A DNA stretch of 64,000 nucleotides from Phoronis australis (lineage: Eukaryota > Animalia > Phoronida), in NCBI GenBank assembly GCA_002633005.1, contig NMRA01000079.1:386102-450101 (forward strand), read 5' to 3'. The position numbers and the translations under genes were made by a program. How positions within the stretch are numbered: position 1 is the stretch's first letter; every line of letters starts with the position of its first letter. Of this stretch, positions 63,425 through 64,000 are shown one piece after another. Below the pieces are notes generated by a model. That model did no database searches, was not told the DNA's origin, and saw only the letters and a list, made by a program, of their open reading frames with translations.

Positions 63425-63594
63425 GTGAGTGTTCAATGCACTACATATTATTCTCATCACTTGCATTTAGTTTGCACTTTCACCCACATTAAAGCCAAAT
63501 GCTGAACTACCTCTGAAAATCCAGTTTTCGTTCGCAATTTGTGGTGGAACAATTTTTTGGTTCTTTAATACAGCGAATGAGCATTCCAAGATGG

Positions 63595-63808
63595 TGTTCC
63601 TAAATAGTATTCCTAAATAGTATCCCTGAATAGAATTCCTAAATAGTGTTTCAAAGTAGCATTCCTAATAGTATTCTAAAATAGCGTTCCTTAAGAACAT
63701 TCATAAGTAACATTGATCCTAAATAACGTTCCTAAATAGCATTCTATTAGAATGTTAAACTTTCTAAAGTACCTTCCTAAATAGCCTTCTGAAATAACAT
63801 TCCTAATT
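63595..63808. repeat. Degenerate ~13-bp tandem repeat (attcctaaatagy)
   Basis: Recurrent ttcctaaatag motif. Confidence 0.75.
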
Positions 63809-64000
63809 ACCCATGGTAACAATGTGTATCAAATGGAGTTTATTGATTGATTCAACATGGAGATTGGCAACTCCCAACTCGATTTATTTCCCTTGTTCCA
63901 AGTTTGTGTTGTATGCGACTTTGGAATGTTACCCATTTGATAAATTTTGTCATTTGCAACAGCAAACGCAGTGTAGTATGATGAGGGGTCATTGTATGTG

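Overview
Eukaryotic, intron-rich, AT-rich draft genomic sequence, most consistent with an invertebrate animal. It has N-gaps at 16961-17659, 27231-27311 and 62106-62605, and single-N joins at 6182 and 9957. I could splice three protein-coding genes by hand. (1) The 3' part of a GBA2 non-lysosomal glucosylceramidase (GH116) on + (100-12627); two of its exons appear twice in near-identical ~1 kb blocks joined by a single N, probably a haplotype/assembly artefact. (2) A complete 4-exon, 92-aa MRPS36/KGD4-like gene on - (27978-18319) that is absent from the ORF track. (3) A PCSK5/PC6-like proprotein convertase on + (28475 to beyond the window end, 16 coding exons seen), whose ATG lies ~0.5 kb head-to-head with the MRPS36 ATG. 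Introns carry many non-autonomous transposons: Tc2-like, hAT-like and P-like elements, an internally deleted piggyBac, a Helentron-like element, a tRNA-derived SINE with two nested insertions, and a THAP relic. Minisatellites are also common. I found no convincing wholly new system. The best leads are splicing oddities: a 3-nt microexon or recursive site in MRPS36, a minisatellite that copies a PCSK5 splice donor, and a relic copy of the start of the catalytic-Ser exon. All coordinates were counted by eye, and family assignments come from recalled motifs, not database searches.
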